Origin: Patescibacteria group bacterium | GTDB lineage: Bacteria > Patescibacteriota > Patescibacteriia > UBA9934 | DNA: 64,000 bases | Direction: 5' to 3' | NCBI GenBank assembly: GCA_041666205.1 | Contig: JBAYHI010000002.1 | Coordinates: 64,725 to 128,724, forward strand | Shown here: in pieces, positions 50,452 through 61,504 of the stretch | How the letters are laid out: every line of letters begins with the position of its first letter | How positions within the stretch are numbered: the first letter of the stretch is position 1 | Notes under the pieces: model-generated | Told to the model about the DNA's origin: nothing | Database searches by the model: none | The model's input: the letters and a program-made list of their open reading frames with translations, nothing else | Translations under genes and position numbers: made by a program

Positions 50452-53226
50452 TTATGCTCCGTGGCACTTCTTATATTTTTTCCCCGACCCGCAAGGACAT
50501 GGATCATTGCGTCCAACCTTGGCAACACCGGATGAGTCCGAGACGGACTGCGCGGCGCGGTGAATTTTTGCTTCTTCTCCGCCCGATGTTTTTTGCGCGC
50601 CACTGAATTGCAAATTCGCCTTCTCAATGACGCTTGGCGCCATGGCAATGAGTTGCTGGGCGGCGGCAGTTTGCTTGAGGATTCGGAACACGTTGTAGAC
50701 GACTTCGTGTTCAATATTTTCGATCATGCCATTGAAGAGATCAAACGATTCGCGTTTGTATTCCACAAGCGGATCGTGCTGACCGTATCCTTGCAACCCA
50801 ATGCTTCGACGCAAGTACGTCATGTTTTCAAGATGCGAAATCCACGCATTGTCGATGGTGCGCAAAAGGATGGTGCGTTCAATACGATGCAAGAGCTCCT
50901 TGTTCTGGAACTGTGCTTCCACATTGGCAAACTGCCGCCGCACCAAGGCCATGGTGCCCTCAATTACTGCCGTGCGCTGCGCTGCCAATCGCTCGCGATC
51001 TTTTGAAATCTCGCGAAGTTCAAGACGAACAAGCGTTTCAAATTCTTCGTCAACGTCAACGATGGTTTTGAAGACCTCAATAATTTCTTTCGGATCCCAA
51101 TCACCTTTTACTTTCAAATCCCCTTCTTTGAACTGATCCGGGATATCGTGAATCTCGGCAATATCGCCCGTGTGGAATAGCACAACGCGTTCAATTTCGC
51201 GCTCCATGTGCTTCAAAACTTCTTCGCGTGGCGAGAACATCTCGTCGCAAAGCACTTTCTTACGTCGCTCGTAAATTGTCTGGCGATGTTTGTTCAAAAC
51301 GTCATCGTATTCAAGCACGTGCTTTCGGGTATCGAAGTGATAGCCCTCAACGCGCACCTGCGCTTTTTCGAGCGAACTCGTCACCATCTTGCTTTCAATC
51401 GGCGTCTTCTCATCCATCTTGAGCGCATTCATCATGCCCTTAATGCGATCGGTTCCAAATACGCGCATCAAATCGTCTTCAAGCGACACGAAAAATTGCG
51501 TGCTCCCCGGATCGCCCTGTCGCCCAGCGCGACCACGAAGCTGATTGTCAATGCGACGTGATTCGTGACGCTCAGTGCCGATGACGTGCAGTCCCCCAAG
51601 TCCGCGCATGGTTTCTTGCTCGGCTTTATCGGGAGGATTTCCACCCAAAATGATGTCGACACCACGTCCAGCCATGTTCGTGGCAAGGGTGACCGCCCCA
51701 CGATGACCAGCCTGGGCAATGATTTGCGCTTCACGCTCGTGGTTTTTAGCATTGAGCATTTCGTGCGGAACGTTTGCCGCGCTCAAGAGTTCGTGCAGGA
51801 GTTCGTTTTTCTCGATCGAAACCGTTCCAACGAGCACCGGCTGGCCTTTTTCATGCAAGGCTTTGACTTCATCAACAACCGAAAGCCATTTTCCTTTTTC
51901 AGATTTATAAATGCGATCAGTCAAATCTTTTCGAACGCAATCTCGGTGCGTTGGAATTTCGGCAACCTCCAGTTTGTAGATTTTGAAAAACTCTTCGGCT
52001 TCCGTGGCAGCAGTTCCAGTCATGCCTGAGAGTTTTTTATACATGCGGAAATAATTCTGGAACGTGATGGTTGCCATGGTGCGACTTTCACGCTTGATTT
52101 CCACCGCTTCTTTTGCCTCAATGGCTTGATGCAGTCCATCGGAATATCGACGACCTTCCATGATACGACCAGTAAACTCATCAACAATTTTTACTTCGCC
52201 ACCCACGACCACGTATTCACGATCCTTTTTGAAAATCGCATGAGCCTTAAGAGCTTGCTCGGCATAATGAATGAATTGGAATTGCGCCGCAGCGTAGAGG
52301 TTATCCACTCCCAAGCGTTGCTCGATCTTTTTAAGACCGGCCTCGGTATACGTTGACACACGCATTTTTTCGTCGACATTGTAATCCTCGTTTTCTTTCA
52401 AATCGTTTACGATGCCTGCGAATTTATAATATAAATCCGCGGACTCTTCTGCTGGAGCAGAAATAATAAGTGGCGTGCGGGCTTCGTCGATGAGAATCGA
52501 ATCGATTTCGTCCACAATCGCGTAATGCAATTCGCGTTGCGCCATCTGCTCCTTATCGGTTGCCATATTGTCGCGCAAATAATCGAATCCAAATTCATTA
52601 TTTGTGCCGTACGTGATATCAGCCGTATACGCTTCGCGACGACTGGCCGGTCGCAAGAAATCCATTTGCACCAAAAACGATCCGGTCGTATCGCGTTCAA
52701 CATCCTCTTTTTCCTCCGCGCGGAACGTATCGTCGTAGCGATATCCGCCCTCGTGTTGAATGACGCCAATGGTGAGCCCTAAGAAATAGAAAATCTGTCC
52801 CATCCACACGGCATCGCGTTTTGCCAAGTAATCGTTGACAGTAACAACATGCGTGCCTTTTCCTTCAAGTGCATTGAGATAAATTGAAAGCGTTGACGTG
52901 AGAGTTTTTCCTTCACCAGTTCTCATTTCTGCAATCATGCCGCGATGCAAAGCAAATCCACCCATAAGCTGAACATCGTAGTGTCGCTGATGAAGGGTGC
53001 GACCAGACGCTTCGCGCACAACAGCGAACGCCTCAAACGAAATGTCGTCGAGGCTCTCACCTTTTTCGAGGCGGGCCTTGAATTCAGCGGTTTTTGCTTT
53101 GAGCGCATCGTCTGAAAGCGCTTTGATTGTTTCTTCGAATGCATTGACCTTTGCAACATCTTCGCGCAGGCCAGCAATCATTTTGATGTTGGGGTCTCCA
53201 AAAAGGGCCTTCCAAATATTTGCCAT
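50452..53226 (-). CDS. secA: Preprotein translocase ATPase SecA
   Basis: [59 protein letters not shown]. Confidence 0.98.
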   Translation of the reverse strand: MANIWKALFGDPNIKMIAGLREDVAKVNAFEETIKALSDDALKAKTAEFKARLEKGESLDDISFEAFAVVREASGRTLHQRHYDVQLMGGFALHRGMIAEMRTGEGKTLTSTLSIYLNALEGKGTHVVTVNDYLAKRDAVWMGQIFYFLGLTIGVIQHEGGYRYDDTFRAEEKEDVERDTTGSFLVQMDFLRPASRREAYTADITYGTNNEFGFDYLRDNMATDKEQMAQRELHYAIVDEIDSILIDEARTPLIISAPAEESADLYYKFAGIVNDLKENEDYNVDEKMRVSTYTEAGLKKIEQRLGVDNLYAAAQFQFIHYAEQALKAHAIFKKDREYVVVGGEVKIVDEFTGRIMEGRRYSDGLHQAIEAKEAVEIKRESRTMATITFQNYFRMYKKLSGMTGTAATEAEEFFKIYKLEVAEIPTHRDCVRKDLTDRIYKSEKGKWLSVVDEVKALHEKGQPVLVGTVSIEKNELLHELLSAANVPHEMLNAKNHEREAQIIAQAGHRGAVTLATNMAGRGVDIILGGNPPDKAEQETMRGLGGLHVIGTERHESRRIDNQLRGRAGRQGDPGSTQFFVSLEDDLMRVFGTDRIKGMMNALKMDEKTPIESKMVTSSLEKAQVRVEGYHFDTRKHVLEYDDVLNKHRQTIYERRKKVLCDEMFSPREEVLKHMEREIERVVLFHTGDIAEIHDIPDQFKEGDLKVKGDWDPKEIIEVFKTIVDVDEEFETLVRLELREISKDRERLAAQRTAVIEGTMALVRRQFANVEAQFQNKELLHRIERTILLRTIDNAWISHLENMTYLRRSIGLQGYGQHDPLVEYKRESFDLFNGMIENIEHEVVYNVFRILKQTAAAQQLIAMAPSVIEKANLQFSGAQKTSGGEEAKIHRAAQSVSDSSGVAKVGRNDPCPCGSGKKYKKCHGA

Positions 53227-53299
53227 AATAGCCCCCAGGATACGTTTTATGGGGATAAAAATCAAATTTCGGCTTGCTAGCGAGAATGAATCGTCACCA

Positions 53300-53944
53300 T
53301 CACTTTGTTAAGGTGCATAAATATGCGATATTTACTTTGGTTATGTCTTCTATCTTTAAATCTGCTCGAAGAAAAATATTTTCCAATTGTTCTTTAGAAA
53401 ATTGCTCGGAGATGTTGTCACCCACACTTTCATCAAAAATGACTTTTCCATTTTCTATGGTTTTAATCGTAATCCCTGATGCTTTATAGACTTTTATTCT
53501 TTCTTCTAACGCATCTTCGGAAAACACGCTAACAATAATTTTTCCAGAGTTTTTTAGGACTCGTTTCATTTCTGCAAGAACAATAAATTTCTTATCCGCA
53601 AAATTCGCAAACGTTGTCATACAGACAACAAAATCAAATTCATTATTCTCAAAAGGTAATTTTGTTGCATCGGCTTTGAAAATTTTGATTGTAGGATAAC
53701 CAGAAAAATGATCTTTTGCATCAGTGATCGCCTTGTCATCATGATCAATACCAATGACATTTTTGGTCACCGGTAACATGTCGAGAATACTTCTTCCATC
53801 CCCACAGCCTACTTCGAGAACTGAGGCATTGGGAGTTATTATTTTCTGAAGATATTTTTTCTCTTCTTCGAACCATTTGTGATAGGAATTAGGTAGATTT
53901 TTTAAAATATACTCCCAATAATCAGTATTTGTCTTCATAGACAT
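53300..53944 (-). CDS. Class I SAM-dependent methyltransferase (AT-rich gene)
   Basis: [27 protein letters not shown]. Confidence 0.88.
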   Translation of the reverse strand: MSMKTNTDYWEYILKNLPNSYHKWFEEEKKYLQKIITPNASVLEVGCGDGRSILDMLPVTKNVIGIDHDDKAITDAKDHFSGYPTIKIFKADATKLPFENNEFDFVVCMTTFANFADKKFIVLAEMKRVLKNSGKIIVSVFSEDALEERIKVYKASGITIKTIENGKVIFDESVGDNISEQFSKEQLENIFLRADLKIEDITKVNIAYLCTLTK

Positions 53945-53975
53945 AACAAAAGTTGATATTTATGTTTCTTACATC

Positions 53976-54026
53976 CAATACCTTGTGAGCTGGATTCGTG
54001 AGAATATAAACGTAAAACTCTCGCAT
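53976..54026 (-). pseudogene. 5' remnant of a third GIY-YIG gene
   Basis: Encodes MREFYVYILTNPAHKVL, after which similarity is lost. Confidence 0.8.
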
Positions 54027-54062
54027 ATAAATTCAAACTTGTTTGTCATCTTTCACCCTCTT

Positions 54063-54154
54063 TTCGTCATCCTGAGCGATAGCGAAGGATCCCTCGACAA
54101 TTATCTTGAGATCCATTCGTCGCTGAATTTCTTTTTGCTCCTCAGGATGACGAA
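54063..54154. repeat. Empty CGTC palindromic repeat doublet
   Basis: TTCGTCATCCTGAGCGATAGCGAAGGATCCC-TCGACAATTATCTT-GAGATCC...TCAGGATGACGAA. Confidence 0.85.
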
Positions 54155-54179
54155 TGAAAGGAGATGCTCCATTTTTTCC

Positions 54180-54529
54180 CCGTCATCCTGAGCGATAGCG
54201 AAGGATCTCACGACAACTCATCATATAGGTCCTTCCATTCTGGATTCAATGAATTGATTAGCGCTTCTTTTTTATTTCTCTTCCACCCTTTAATACGTTT
54301 TTCAGCTTCTATCGCCGTCGTCGGCCCCTCACAAACATCAAAATAGACAAGCTTTTTGAGATTATATTTCTTTGTAAATCCTTCAATTTTCTTTGCTCGA
54401 TGTTCTTGAACTCTGCGCAAAAGATCATTTGTCACTCCGGTATACAAAACTGTGTGGGCCGGATTAGTGAGAATATAAACGTAAAATTCTCGCATATCTT
54501 GGGATCCTTCACTTCGTTCAGGATGACGG
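54180..54529 (-). mobile_element. 350-bp GIY-YIG element, copy 2
   Basis: Same inverted ends and length as 12265-12614. Confidence 0.7.
54208..54495 (-). CDS. GIY-YIG nuclease family protein (95 aa)
   Basis: YVYIL...YTGVT, RRVQEH, EAEKRIK, INSLNP. Confidence 0.93.
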   Translation of the reverse strand: MREFYVYILTNPAHTVLYTGVTNDLLRRVQEHRAKKIEGFTKKYNLKKLVYFDVCEGPTTAIEAEKRIKGWKRNKKEALINSLNPEWKDLYDELS

Positions 54530-54559
54530 CAGAGGGAAAATGATAATTTAAGAGTTCAA

Positions 54560-54910
54560 TTAGATTTCTTCGATCGGTTCTTCCGCTGGCTGGCGATCGG
54601 CTTCCTGCAATTTCTCCTTATACTTGATGACCTGACGCTTCAAATCATCGGTTGCAGTATCAATCGCTGCGTACAAATCTTCTTCAACCGCTTCGGCACG
54701 CAATACGATGCCTGGAATCGTGAGATTATATTCTGCGCGATAAATCTTTCCCTTATTTTGCCCATTGCCGGTTTTTCCGACTTCAATGCGAACGTCACAG
54801 GGTTCAAATTTTTCTGTCATTTTTGCAATCGAATCCAATTTCTTTTCCGAATATTCCTTAATCGCCTCGGTGAGATCGAGCAAAGTGCCTAGCGTTTCTA
54901 CGACTCTCAT
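54560..54910 (-). CDS. hpf: Ribosome hibernation factor (HPF/RaiA)
   Basis: LTEAIKEY..KKL, DLYAAID, LKRQ..KYKEK. Confidence 0.88.
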   Translation of the reverse strand: MRVVETLGTLLDLTEAIKEYSEKKLDSIAKMTEKFEPCDVRIEVGKTGNGQNKGKIYRAEYNLTIPGIVLRAEAVEEDLYAAIDTATDDLKRQVIKYKEKLQEADRQPAEEPIEEI

Positions 54911-54928
54911 ATAAAAATTCGTTAAGAA

Positions 54929-55900
54929 TTAATTTGAAAAACCAATGAGTTGAATCTCTTCCTCCAGTTCAATCCCAAATTTCTCACGCACCGCAGATTT
55001 TATCTCCTGGATGAGATCAAAAATATTTTGCGCCGTGGCATGCCCACGATTCAAAATAAAGTTCCCATGTTTTTCACTAATTTTCGCGTCGCCGAGCATC
55101 TTCCCTTTGAGACCCAGCTGATCAATGAGCCATCCCGTGGCAATGCGTCTGTCGGCCTGCATTTGACCTGGCAGGTCCGCAACCGCCTGAACGCGCGCAA
55201 GCTCTTCGTCGGATTTCAGATTGTAATTTTTGAACGCGCATCCAGCCGAACCAGCACTGAGCGGTTGCGAAGCATTTCGTTTCTCCACTAGTTCTGCAAC
55301 ACGCGCTTTCAAAATCTCCGAGTCCCCTGGATGAAGTGCTAGTTCAACGCGCAGCACGATGTCGCCATTGTGCTTCAAAATCGAATCGCGATATCCAAAC
55401 TGTAAGTCCGCATTCGTCAATTGGACCACTTCTCCATCGCGTAGCACTTCAACCATGCTCACATTATCTTTCATTTCCCCACCAAAACAGCCGGCATTGC
55501 CACGCACCGCTCCGCCCATGGTGCCCGGAAGCGACGCGCCCCATTCGAACCCTTCTAGCCCGGCCTCGGCCGATTGCCTGGCCGTTAGCGCTGTGAGCGC
55601 ACCAGCCTCGGCCACCACGTTTGATCCGTTGATCTCAACTTTGCGCAACGCCATTTGCAGCACGATCCCACGAAACCCTTCGTCGGAAAACAGCACGTTT
55701 GTGCCCCCGCCAATCACAACCATCGGAACACCTGCATCGCGGGCAACCCGCGTGGCACCAATCACATCCTCCACACTTCGCGCTTCCACAAACCAATCCG
55801 CCTCCCCGCCAACGCGGTAGGTGGAATGTTTTGCCATGGGTTCGTGCTCTTTCACCCGATCCCCAAATAATTCTTTCAATTTTGCGGTAATATCTTCCAT
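54929..55900 (-). CDS. murB: UDP-N-acetylenolpyruvoylglucosamine reductase
   Basis: GGGTNVL, PGTMGGAVRGNAG, YRDS, HGNFILN, LEEEI. Confidence 0.95.
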   Translation of the reverse strand: MEDITAKLKELFGDRVKEHEPMAKHSTYRVGGEADWFVEARSVEDVIGATRVARDAGVPMVVIGGGTNVLFSDEGFRGIVLQMALRKVEINGSNVVAEAGALTALTARQSAEAGLEGFEWGASLPGTMGGAVRGNAGCFGGEMKDNVSMVEVLRDGEVVQLTNADLQFGYRDSILKHNGDIVLRVELALHPGDSEILKARVAELVEKRNASQPLSAGSAGCAFKNYNLKSDEELARVQAVADLPGQMQADRRIATGWLIDQLGLKGKMLGDAKISEKHGNFILNRGHATAQNIFDLIQEIKSAVREKFGIELEEEIQLIGFSN

Positions 55901-55902
55901 AC

Positions 55903-57228
55903 TTATTTTGCGAGTTTACGTGCCAAATCATCAATCGTGCCAGCGCCCATAAACACCACAACGTCGCCTGCCTGCACCATATCGGTGAGTTCAACTTCTG
56001 CCGTATCGTAATCTTTGGCGTACCGGATATCTCGAATCGTGTCACGTTTTTTGATTTCTGTCATGAGCATCTCGCTTGTGACTTCTCGACCTTCTTCATT
56101 GCGCCCAGCCACTTCGTAAATCTCACACAAAAGGAGTCCGTCAACGCCGTCAAACGATGTGACAAAATCATCAAAGAGTTCTTTGGTGCGTGCATGCTGG
56201 TGTGGCTCAAAGCACAAAATCACCCGACGATTTTCGAAAAATTCTTTCATCGCCTCAATCGTTCCTTTGATAGCGGTTGGATGATGCGCGTAATCTGAAT
56301 AGATGTCGGCGTCATGCCAAATGCCTAAATGCTCAAACCGGCGCCACGTGCCGTGAAACCCAGCAAGCGACTCACTCGCGATTCCCGGCTCGATGCCAAT
56401 TGCGCGCGCAGCAGTCATGGCAGCTGCCGCATTCATTGCATTGAACATTCCAGGGATCGTGAGACGCACCGGATCGCCGGCAACAAGAAAATGTTGGGCG
56501 CCATGCTCAATCACACGCTCTTCCACATCAAATTGTGCACGTCGAGGAATCGAAAGCGATTGCGAAACGCGATCGCCTCCATTTACGACAACGCGCGCAT
56601 CGCGAGGGAGTGAATCGATCCATTCTTGGAACGTCTGCTTGATGTGATCCAAATCGCGGTAATAATCCAAATGATCTTCTTCGATATTTGTAATCACAAC
56701 CACTTCGGCAGTGATGGCTAGCATACTCGCCATATACTCACACGCTTCAACCACAAAATATTCGCCGTCCCCCATTTCCAAATTCCCATGTGAAAAATCC
56801 GGACTTTGTGTGCCAACAATCACCGTTGGTTTCAAACCTGCATCTTTGAGGATTTTTCCAAGCATGGCCGTTGTGGTGCTCTTTCCATTTGTGCCAGCAA
56901 CAGCGATGGTCTTTTTCGTTTTTGATAGTTCACCCAAGAATGCGGCGTAAGCAACTTCCTCAATTCCACGCTCCGAGGCAACCTGTCGCTCAACGTTTGT
57001 GGCTGGTACGGCTTTGGAGTAGATGACGAGGTCGCAATCTCCTGGCACGTTATCAGCAAAATGCCCAATTTTGACTTCAATCCCCATGCGATCGAGTTCC
57101 TCAATGATGGGGCTAGGGTGTACATCTGACCCGGTGACCTTGGCGCCACGTAGGAAAAACCATTTCGCAACTGCCGAAGTACCAATCCCTCCGACCCCAA
57201 TAATGTGGACAACTTTTGCGTCTAGCAT
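55903..57228 (-). CDS. murC: UDP-N-acetylmuramate--L-alanine ligase
   Basis: IGVGGIG, AGTNGKSTTT, EACE, DHLD, RRFE, DYAHHP. Confidence 0.95.
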   Translation of the reverse strand: MLDAKVVHIIGVGGIGTSAVAKWFFLRGAKVTGSDVHPSPIIEELDRMGIEVKIGHFADNVPGDCDLVIYSKAVPATNVERQVASERGIEEVAYAAFLGELSKTKKTIAVAGTNGKSTTTAMLGKILKDAGLKPTVIVGTQSPDFSHGNLEMGDGEYFVVEACEYMASMLAITAEVVVITNIEEDHLDYYRDLDHIKQTFQEWIDSLPRDARVVVNGGDRVSQSLSIPRRAQFDVEERVIEHGAQHFLVAGDPVRLTIPGMFNAMNAAAAMTAARAIGIEPGIASESLAGFHGTWRRFEHLGIWHDADIYSDYAHHPTAIKGTIEAMKEFFENRRVILCFEPHQHARTKELFDDFVTSFDGVDGLLLCEIYEVAGRNEEGREVTSEMLMTEIKKRDTIRDIRYAKDYDTAEVELTDMVQAGDVVVFMGAGTIDDLARKLAK

Positions 57229-57271
57229 ATGTACTGCAATTGTAGCAAACCACAGGCGCTTTGCACATTCG

Positions 57272-57970
57272 CTATTCTTCACCGCCAAGATCGATATATC
57301 GACCGGTCGACCCCTCTTCGTTCACAGCAAAACGAGTCAAACGAAGCTCATCCAAGGTTACAGCCGCGGTATCAAAAACTGTATTCCATTCATCCATCAG
57401 TGGCATAATGAGATTTCGATCATCTTGTAAGTCCTCTGGAGAAATGTGTGTCTCCCGTATATGACCAACGATAGGGCCGCCATCACGATAAAGATCGATC
57501 GGACTATCCATGCGTGGCTGTTCGAGTGGCGTTTGGTCATTCTTTAACCAATCAACCCGAAACTGTAGGAATTCTTTCCCTGCAGGACTTTTTATTTGAG
57601 GGATAATCTTCTCGAGTCGTGTGGCGAGTCCTTTAAAACTTGCGCGAAGCCCTTCTAATTTCCTTGCGATCTCTGCTTCTTTATTTAGTTGTTCTCTTTG
57701 GGCAATATCCGTAGCAGAATCCGCCATATGCTCAAGCGCGTCAGGGTTATTTTGCTCACCGATCGTATAAGCCTTTGCGCGTGCTTCGGCTACGCGGAAA
57801 TTTGCTTCTGCAGTTGCATTCGCGACGTCCCAAGCTCCACGATCTGAGACGAACGCCTCATCCGCAATCTGCCTGTCATCATCTAAATTTTTTAACGCAA
57901 GTTGACGGCGTATTCGCGCGCGTATTTTTCGTTCTTCCAAAGGTGAAGGTGGCGTATAATATTCACTCAT
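57272..57970 (-). CDS. Hypothetical protein
   Basis: Long ORF filling the gap; helical/coiled-coil N-terminal half. Confidence 0.6.
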   Translation of the reverse strand: MSEYYTPPSPLEERKIRARIRRQLALKNLDDDRQIADEAFVSDRGAWDVANATAEANFRVAEARAKAYTIGEQNNPDALEHMADSATDIAQREQLNKEAEIARKLEGLRASFKGLATRLEKIIPQIKSPAGKEFLQFRVDWLKNDQTPLEQPRMDSPIDLYRDGGPIVGHIRETHISPEDLQDDRNLIMPLMDEWNTVFDTAAVTLDELRLTRFAVNEEGSTGRYIDLGGEE

Positions 57971-58080
57971 ACTATTTGATTTATATACACAATCATACGT
58001 TGCTAACTTCTTTCTTCGCAATACAAACAGTTGATATTGTGCATTTTTCGTCCATCGACGTACAATGGTCGAAAACTCCT

Positions 58081-59322
58081 ATGACACTTCGATCCTACGA
58101 CCCAGCCATTGCCGACGCTCTCACGCGTGAGCTCAATCGCCAGCGCGAAGGACTTGAGATGATTCCTTCGGAAAATTTCGTTTCGCCTGCAGTACTTGAA
58201 GCACTCGGCTCGATTGCCACAAATAAATATAGCGAAGGCTACCCTGGCAAGCGCTACTACGGCGGATGTCAGTTTATCGATGAGCTTGAATCACTCGCGA
58301 TTGATCGCGCAAAGCAATTATTTGGCGCTGAGCATGTGAATGTGCAACCGCTTTCAGGCGCCCCTGCAAATATTGCGGCGTATCAAGCGCTTTTGCAACC
58401 AGGCGATACGGTGCTCGGAATGGATTTGTCACATGGCGGACATTTAACGCATGGTCACCCAGTGACGCAGTCAGCAAAGATGTACAATTTTATTCGCTAT
58501 AAAACAAACGCCGAAGGATTACTTGATCTTGAGGAACTCCGCGAACTGGCGATTGCGAATAAACCAAAACTGATTCTCGTGGGATATTCCGCCTATTCGC
58601 GTGAAATTGATTTCGCGCGCGTTAAAGAAATCGCCGATGAAGTTGGCGCCATGACCATGGCCGATATTGCCCACATTGCCGGCCTCATTGCCGCAAAGCA
58701 GATGAATAATCCAGTGCCAATTTTTGATCTTGTCACAACCACAACGCATAAAACCTTGCGTGGACCTCGTGGCGGAATGATTATGTGCAAAATGGAGCAC
58801 GCCAAAGCCGTAAACAAATCCGTGTTCCCAGGACTCCAAGGTGGACCACACGAAAACGTGATCGCTGCCAAAGCCGTGGCGTTCAAAGAAGCGCTCGAGC
58901 CCGCGTTCACGGAATATGCAATTCAAATCAAGAAAAACGCCAAGGTGCTCGAAGAAGAATTCCGCGCCAAAGGCTATACGCTTTGCTTTGGCGGAACGGA
59001 TAATCACCTCTTGCTCGTTGATCTCACAAATAAATCCGTAACCGGCCACGACGCCGAGGTTGCGCTTGATTTGGCAGGCATTACCGTCAACAAGAATATG
59101 ATTCCCGACGATCCACGCTCGCCAATGGATCCATCGGGCATTCGCTTAGGCACGCCTGCGCTCACAACGCGCGGGATGAAGGAAGCTGAAATGAAACAAA
59201 TCGCCTCCTGGATGGATGAAGCCATTACACATCCAAACGACCAGGCCGTACTCGCACGCATTCGAGATGAGGTGAAAAATCTGACATCGAAATTCCCATT
59301 GTATTCCGGGCTTTCGTATTGA
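58081..59322 (+). CDS. glyA: Serine hydroxymethyltransferase
   Basis: [29 protein letters not shown]; ATG 58081 after TACAAT. Confidence 0.98.
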   Translation: MTLRSYDPAIADALTRELNRQREGLEMIPSENFVSPAVLEALGSIATNKYSEGYPGKRYYGGCQFIDELESLAIDRAKQLFGAEHVNVQPLSGAPANIAAYQALLQPGDTVLGMDLSHGGHLTHGHPVTQSAKMYNFIRYKTNAEGLLDLEELRELAIANKPKLILVGYSAYSREIDFARVKEIADEVGAMTMADIAHIAGLIAAKQMNNPVPIFDLVTTTTHKTLRGPRGGMIMCKMEHAKAVNKSVFPGLQGGPHENVIAAKAVAFKEALEPAFTEYAIQIKKNAKVLEEEFRAKGYTLCFGGTDNHLLLVDLTNKSVTGHDAEVALDLAGITVNKNMIPDDPRSPMDPSGIRLGTPALTTRGMKEAEMKQIASWMDEAITHPNDQAVLARIRDEVKNLTSKFPLYSGLSY

Positions 59323-59330
59323 TCCCCAAC

Positions 59331-59398
59331 GGGCGGACACATGGGGCCGCCCCTACAGAATCATCAATCACGTAGGGCAAGGCGCGCCTTGCCCTTAC
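59331..59398. repeat. GTAG-type REP doublet
   Basis: GGGCGGACACATGGGGCCGCCCCTAC...GTAGGGCAAGGCGCGCCTTGCCCTTAC. Confidence 0.75.
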
Positions 59399-59427
59399 GA
59401 TGAATTTCTGCTATCCTGACGCCTATT

Positions 59428-60270
59428 ATGGCAGAAATGATTCATGGCCGAGTGCTTGCCCAAAAAATCCGCGAGCAAGTCAAAAACCAAGTTGAAACAT
59501 TTGCACACCCGCCAGGGCTTGCAGCCATTATTGTTGGCACCGATCCGGCGTCACGTCTTTATGTGCATTTAAAAGAAGAGGCTGCAAAAGAAGCTGGAAT
59601 CTTTTTTGAGAAACTCGATTTTCCAGAAGACGTCACCACCGGCAAACTCGTAAAAGAAATCAAACGTCTCAATGATCGCGACGACATCGCGGGCATTTTG
59701 GTTCAGCTCCCTTTGCCAAACCACGACGAAGATAAGGTGATCGCCGCCATCAATCCCGATAAAGACGTCGATGGATTTCACCCAAAGAACCGTGAACGCT
59801 TGACAAAAAATGAGCCCGTGCTTGTGCCACCGGTTGTACTGGCTGTCATGCAACTCATTGAAGCTACACGTCAGCCACTGCGTGGGAAAAAAGCGGTGAT
59901 TATTGGAAACAATCCGATTTTCTCTGAACCGATTGTGCATCTCATGAAGGATTTGGAAATCGACGCAGAATTTGTAAAAAAATCCGACAAAAAGCTTACG
60001 GAAAAATCTTCTGTTGCCGATATTATTGTGGTTGCGGTTGGACAGCGCAATTTCTTAAAGCCAGAACTCGTGAAAGACGGCGCCATTATTGTTGACGTTG
60101 GAACAAATAAATCTGGCGATCGTGTTGTGGGCGACATCACTTCAGAAGCAAAAGAAAAAGCAGGGTTTGTGAGCCCGGTGCCTGGTGGCGTTGGACCACT
60201 CACTGTTGCCTATCTTCTCATGAACGTGGCGCGTGCCAATGAACTCATGCGGAAAAAACGCGAGGCCTAA
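59428..60270 (+). CDS. folD: Bifunctional methylene-THF dehydrogenase/cyclohydrolase
   Basis: GILVQLPLP, KDVDGFHP, PVPGGVGPLT. Confidence 0.95.
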   Translation: MAEMIHGRVLAQKIREQVKNQVETFAHPPGLAAIIVGTDPASRLYVHLKEEAAKEAGIFFEKLDFPEDVTTGKLVKEIKRLNDRDDIAGILVQLPLPNHDEDKVIAAINPDKDVDGFHPKNRERLTKNEPVLVPPVVLAVMQLIEATRQPLRGKKAVIIGNNPIFSEPIVHLMKDLEIDAEFVKKSDKKLTEKSSVADIIVVAVGQRNFLKPELVKDGAIIVDVGTNKSGDRVVGDITSEAKEKAGFVSPVPGGVGPLTVAYLLMNVARANELMRKKREA

Positions 60271-61403
60271 ACGCCAACGAGTGTCAAAATAATTCCCAGC
60301 AAATAAACCCCTGCCGCGGGGACAAGTAAAACGAGTGGCAACCGCAGTGAGCGCTTCGCGATCAGTGCGTGTTTTTTTGCGCGCCAATACGTTGCAATAA
60401 CGATGAGGCCCAAGAGCCCACCCAAAATCGAACCGGAAAATCCAATCACATCAATGAAATCTCGAGCGCCTGCCAAGAATGCCACCAATGGAACCGCAAT
60501 GACCGAGAGCCAAGCCCAAACGTACCGAATGCGGTAATCGTAAACCAGCGTATTGATGGACGACAGGCCGATCATAATAAAACTTGTGGAGACGGCAAAC
60601 AGCCCAACCACCGAGCCAATGGTGAGCGCCCAACTTCCGAGTGCGCGCCCGAGCCCGATCATACTTTCTTCTGTTGTATGCTCGCCCGTGACTGACAAAA
60701 CAACAGCACTGAACGCCAAATAAATAACCGTCACAATGAGCATTCCAATCATGAGCGAGGAATGCAAATGATGTTTTTGACGTCCCAGAATTTGTGCCAT
60801 CTCGGGAATGGCGGATAGCCCGCTGAAGGCAAATAAAACCACGCCAAATGGCAAGAACCAATTTTCCGGATGGACTGTTTGCAGAGCTTCGATATCAATT
60901 TGCGGAGACGCGCCAACAATGAGTGCAATAATTGCGATGAGAAAAACAATCGTGAATAGACTTTCCAAACGCGAAACAAATCCAAGCCCTCCAACCAAAA
61001 TGATTGAGGTGAAAATGTAAAAAATCATCTGGTACATAAAAACATCGCCCCCAAAAACTCCATGAAGCAATGTATTCAAAAACTTCCCGCCGATAATCAC
61101 ATACGCAATCATGGCGCCCCAACTTGATCCAAATAAAATGAACGTCGCAATATGGCTCCAGGTTGGTCCAAGATACCGATCAACAAGCCCGGTGAGACGT
61201 GAGTGGCCAGGCGTATGCATAACCAAATCTGCATAAGCCCAAAGCAAAATAAAGTTAATGCCTGCAACGAAGATGATGTGCCCCAAGCCAATCGCAAACC
61301 CGGATTGTGAAAAAACGTATGGCAAGCCAAAAATTCCAACGCCAATCACAACACCCATAAGCGCTTGAATGCTTCGCACGAATTCACTTCGTTTTGCCTC
61401 CAT
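60267..61403 (-). CDS. Aromatic amino acid permease family transporter
   Basis: GVVIGVGIFGLP, LPFGVVLFAF...IPE; about 11 TM helices. Confidence 0.85.
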   Translation of the reverse strand: MEAKRSEFVRSIQALMGVVIGVGIFGLPYVFSQSGFAIGLGHIIFVAGINFILLWAYADLVMHTPGHSRLTGLVDRYLGPTWSHIATFILFGSSWGAMIAYVIIGGKFLNTLLHGVFGGDVFMYQMIFYIFTSIILVGGLGFVSRLESLFTIVFLIAIIALIVGASPQIDIEALQTVHPENWFLPFGVVLFAFSGLSAIPEMAQILGRQKHHLHSSLMIGMLIVTVIYLAFSAVVLSVTGEHTTEESMIGLGRALGSWALTIGSVVGLFAVSTSFIMIGLSSINTLVYDYRIRYVWAWLSVIAVPLVAFLAGARDFIDVIGFSGSILGGLLGLIVIATYWRAKKHALIAKRSLRLPLVLLVPAAGVYLLGIILTLVGV

Positions 61404-61504
61404 AACCCCCATTATTGTACCACAAATACCTATCCCCCTTTCGTCCCCATCTTCCACACTTTTTCCTCTTGTGACGAAACGCGGCGTACCGTAGCATGGG
61501 GTCT

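Noticed and set aside
50451-50714. N-terminal extension of the NUDIX ORF
   Set aside because: It overlaps the secA 3' end; ATG 50450 follows the secA stop directly.
57775-58080. N-terminal extension of glyA
   Set aside because: It overlaps the divergent ORF; SHMT homology and the TACAAT box support ATG 58081.
57970-58081. Replication origin at the strand switch before glyA
   Set aside because: The intergenic region is short, with no clustered DnaA boxes and no dnaA; gene orientation alone is insufficient.
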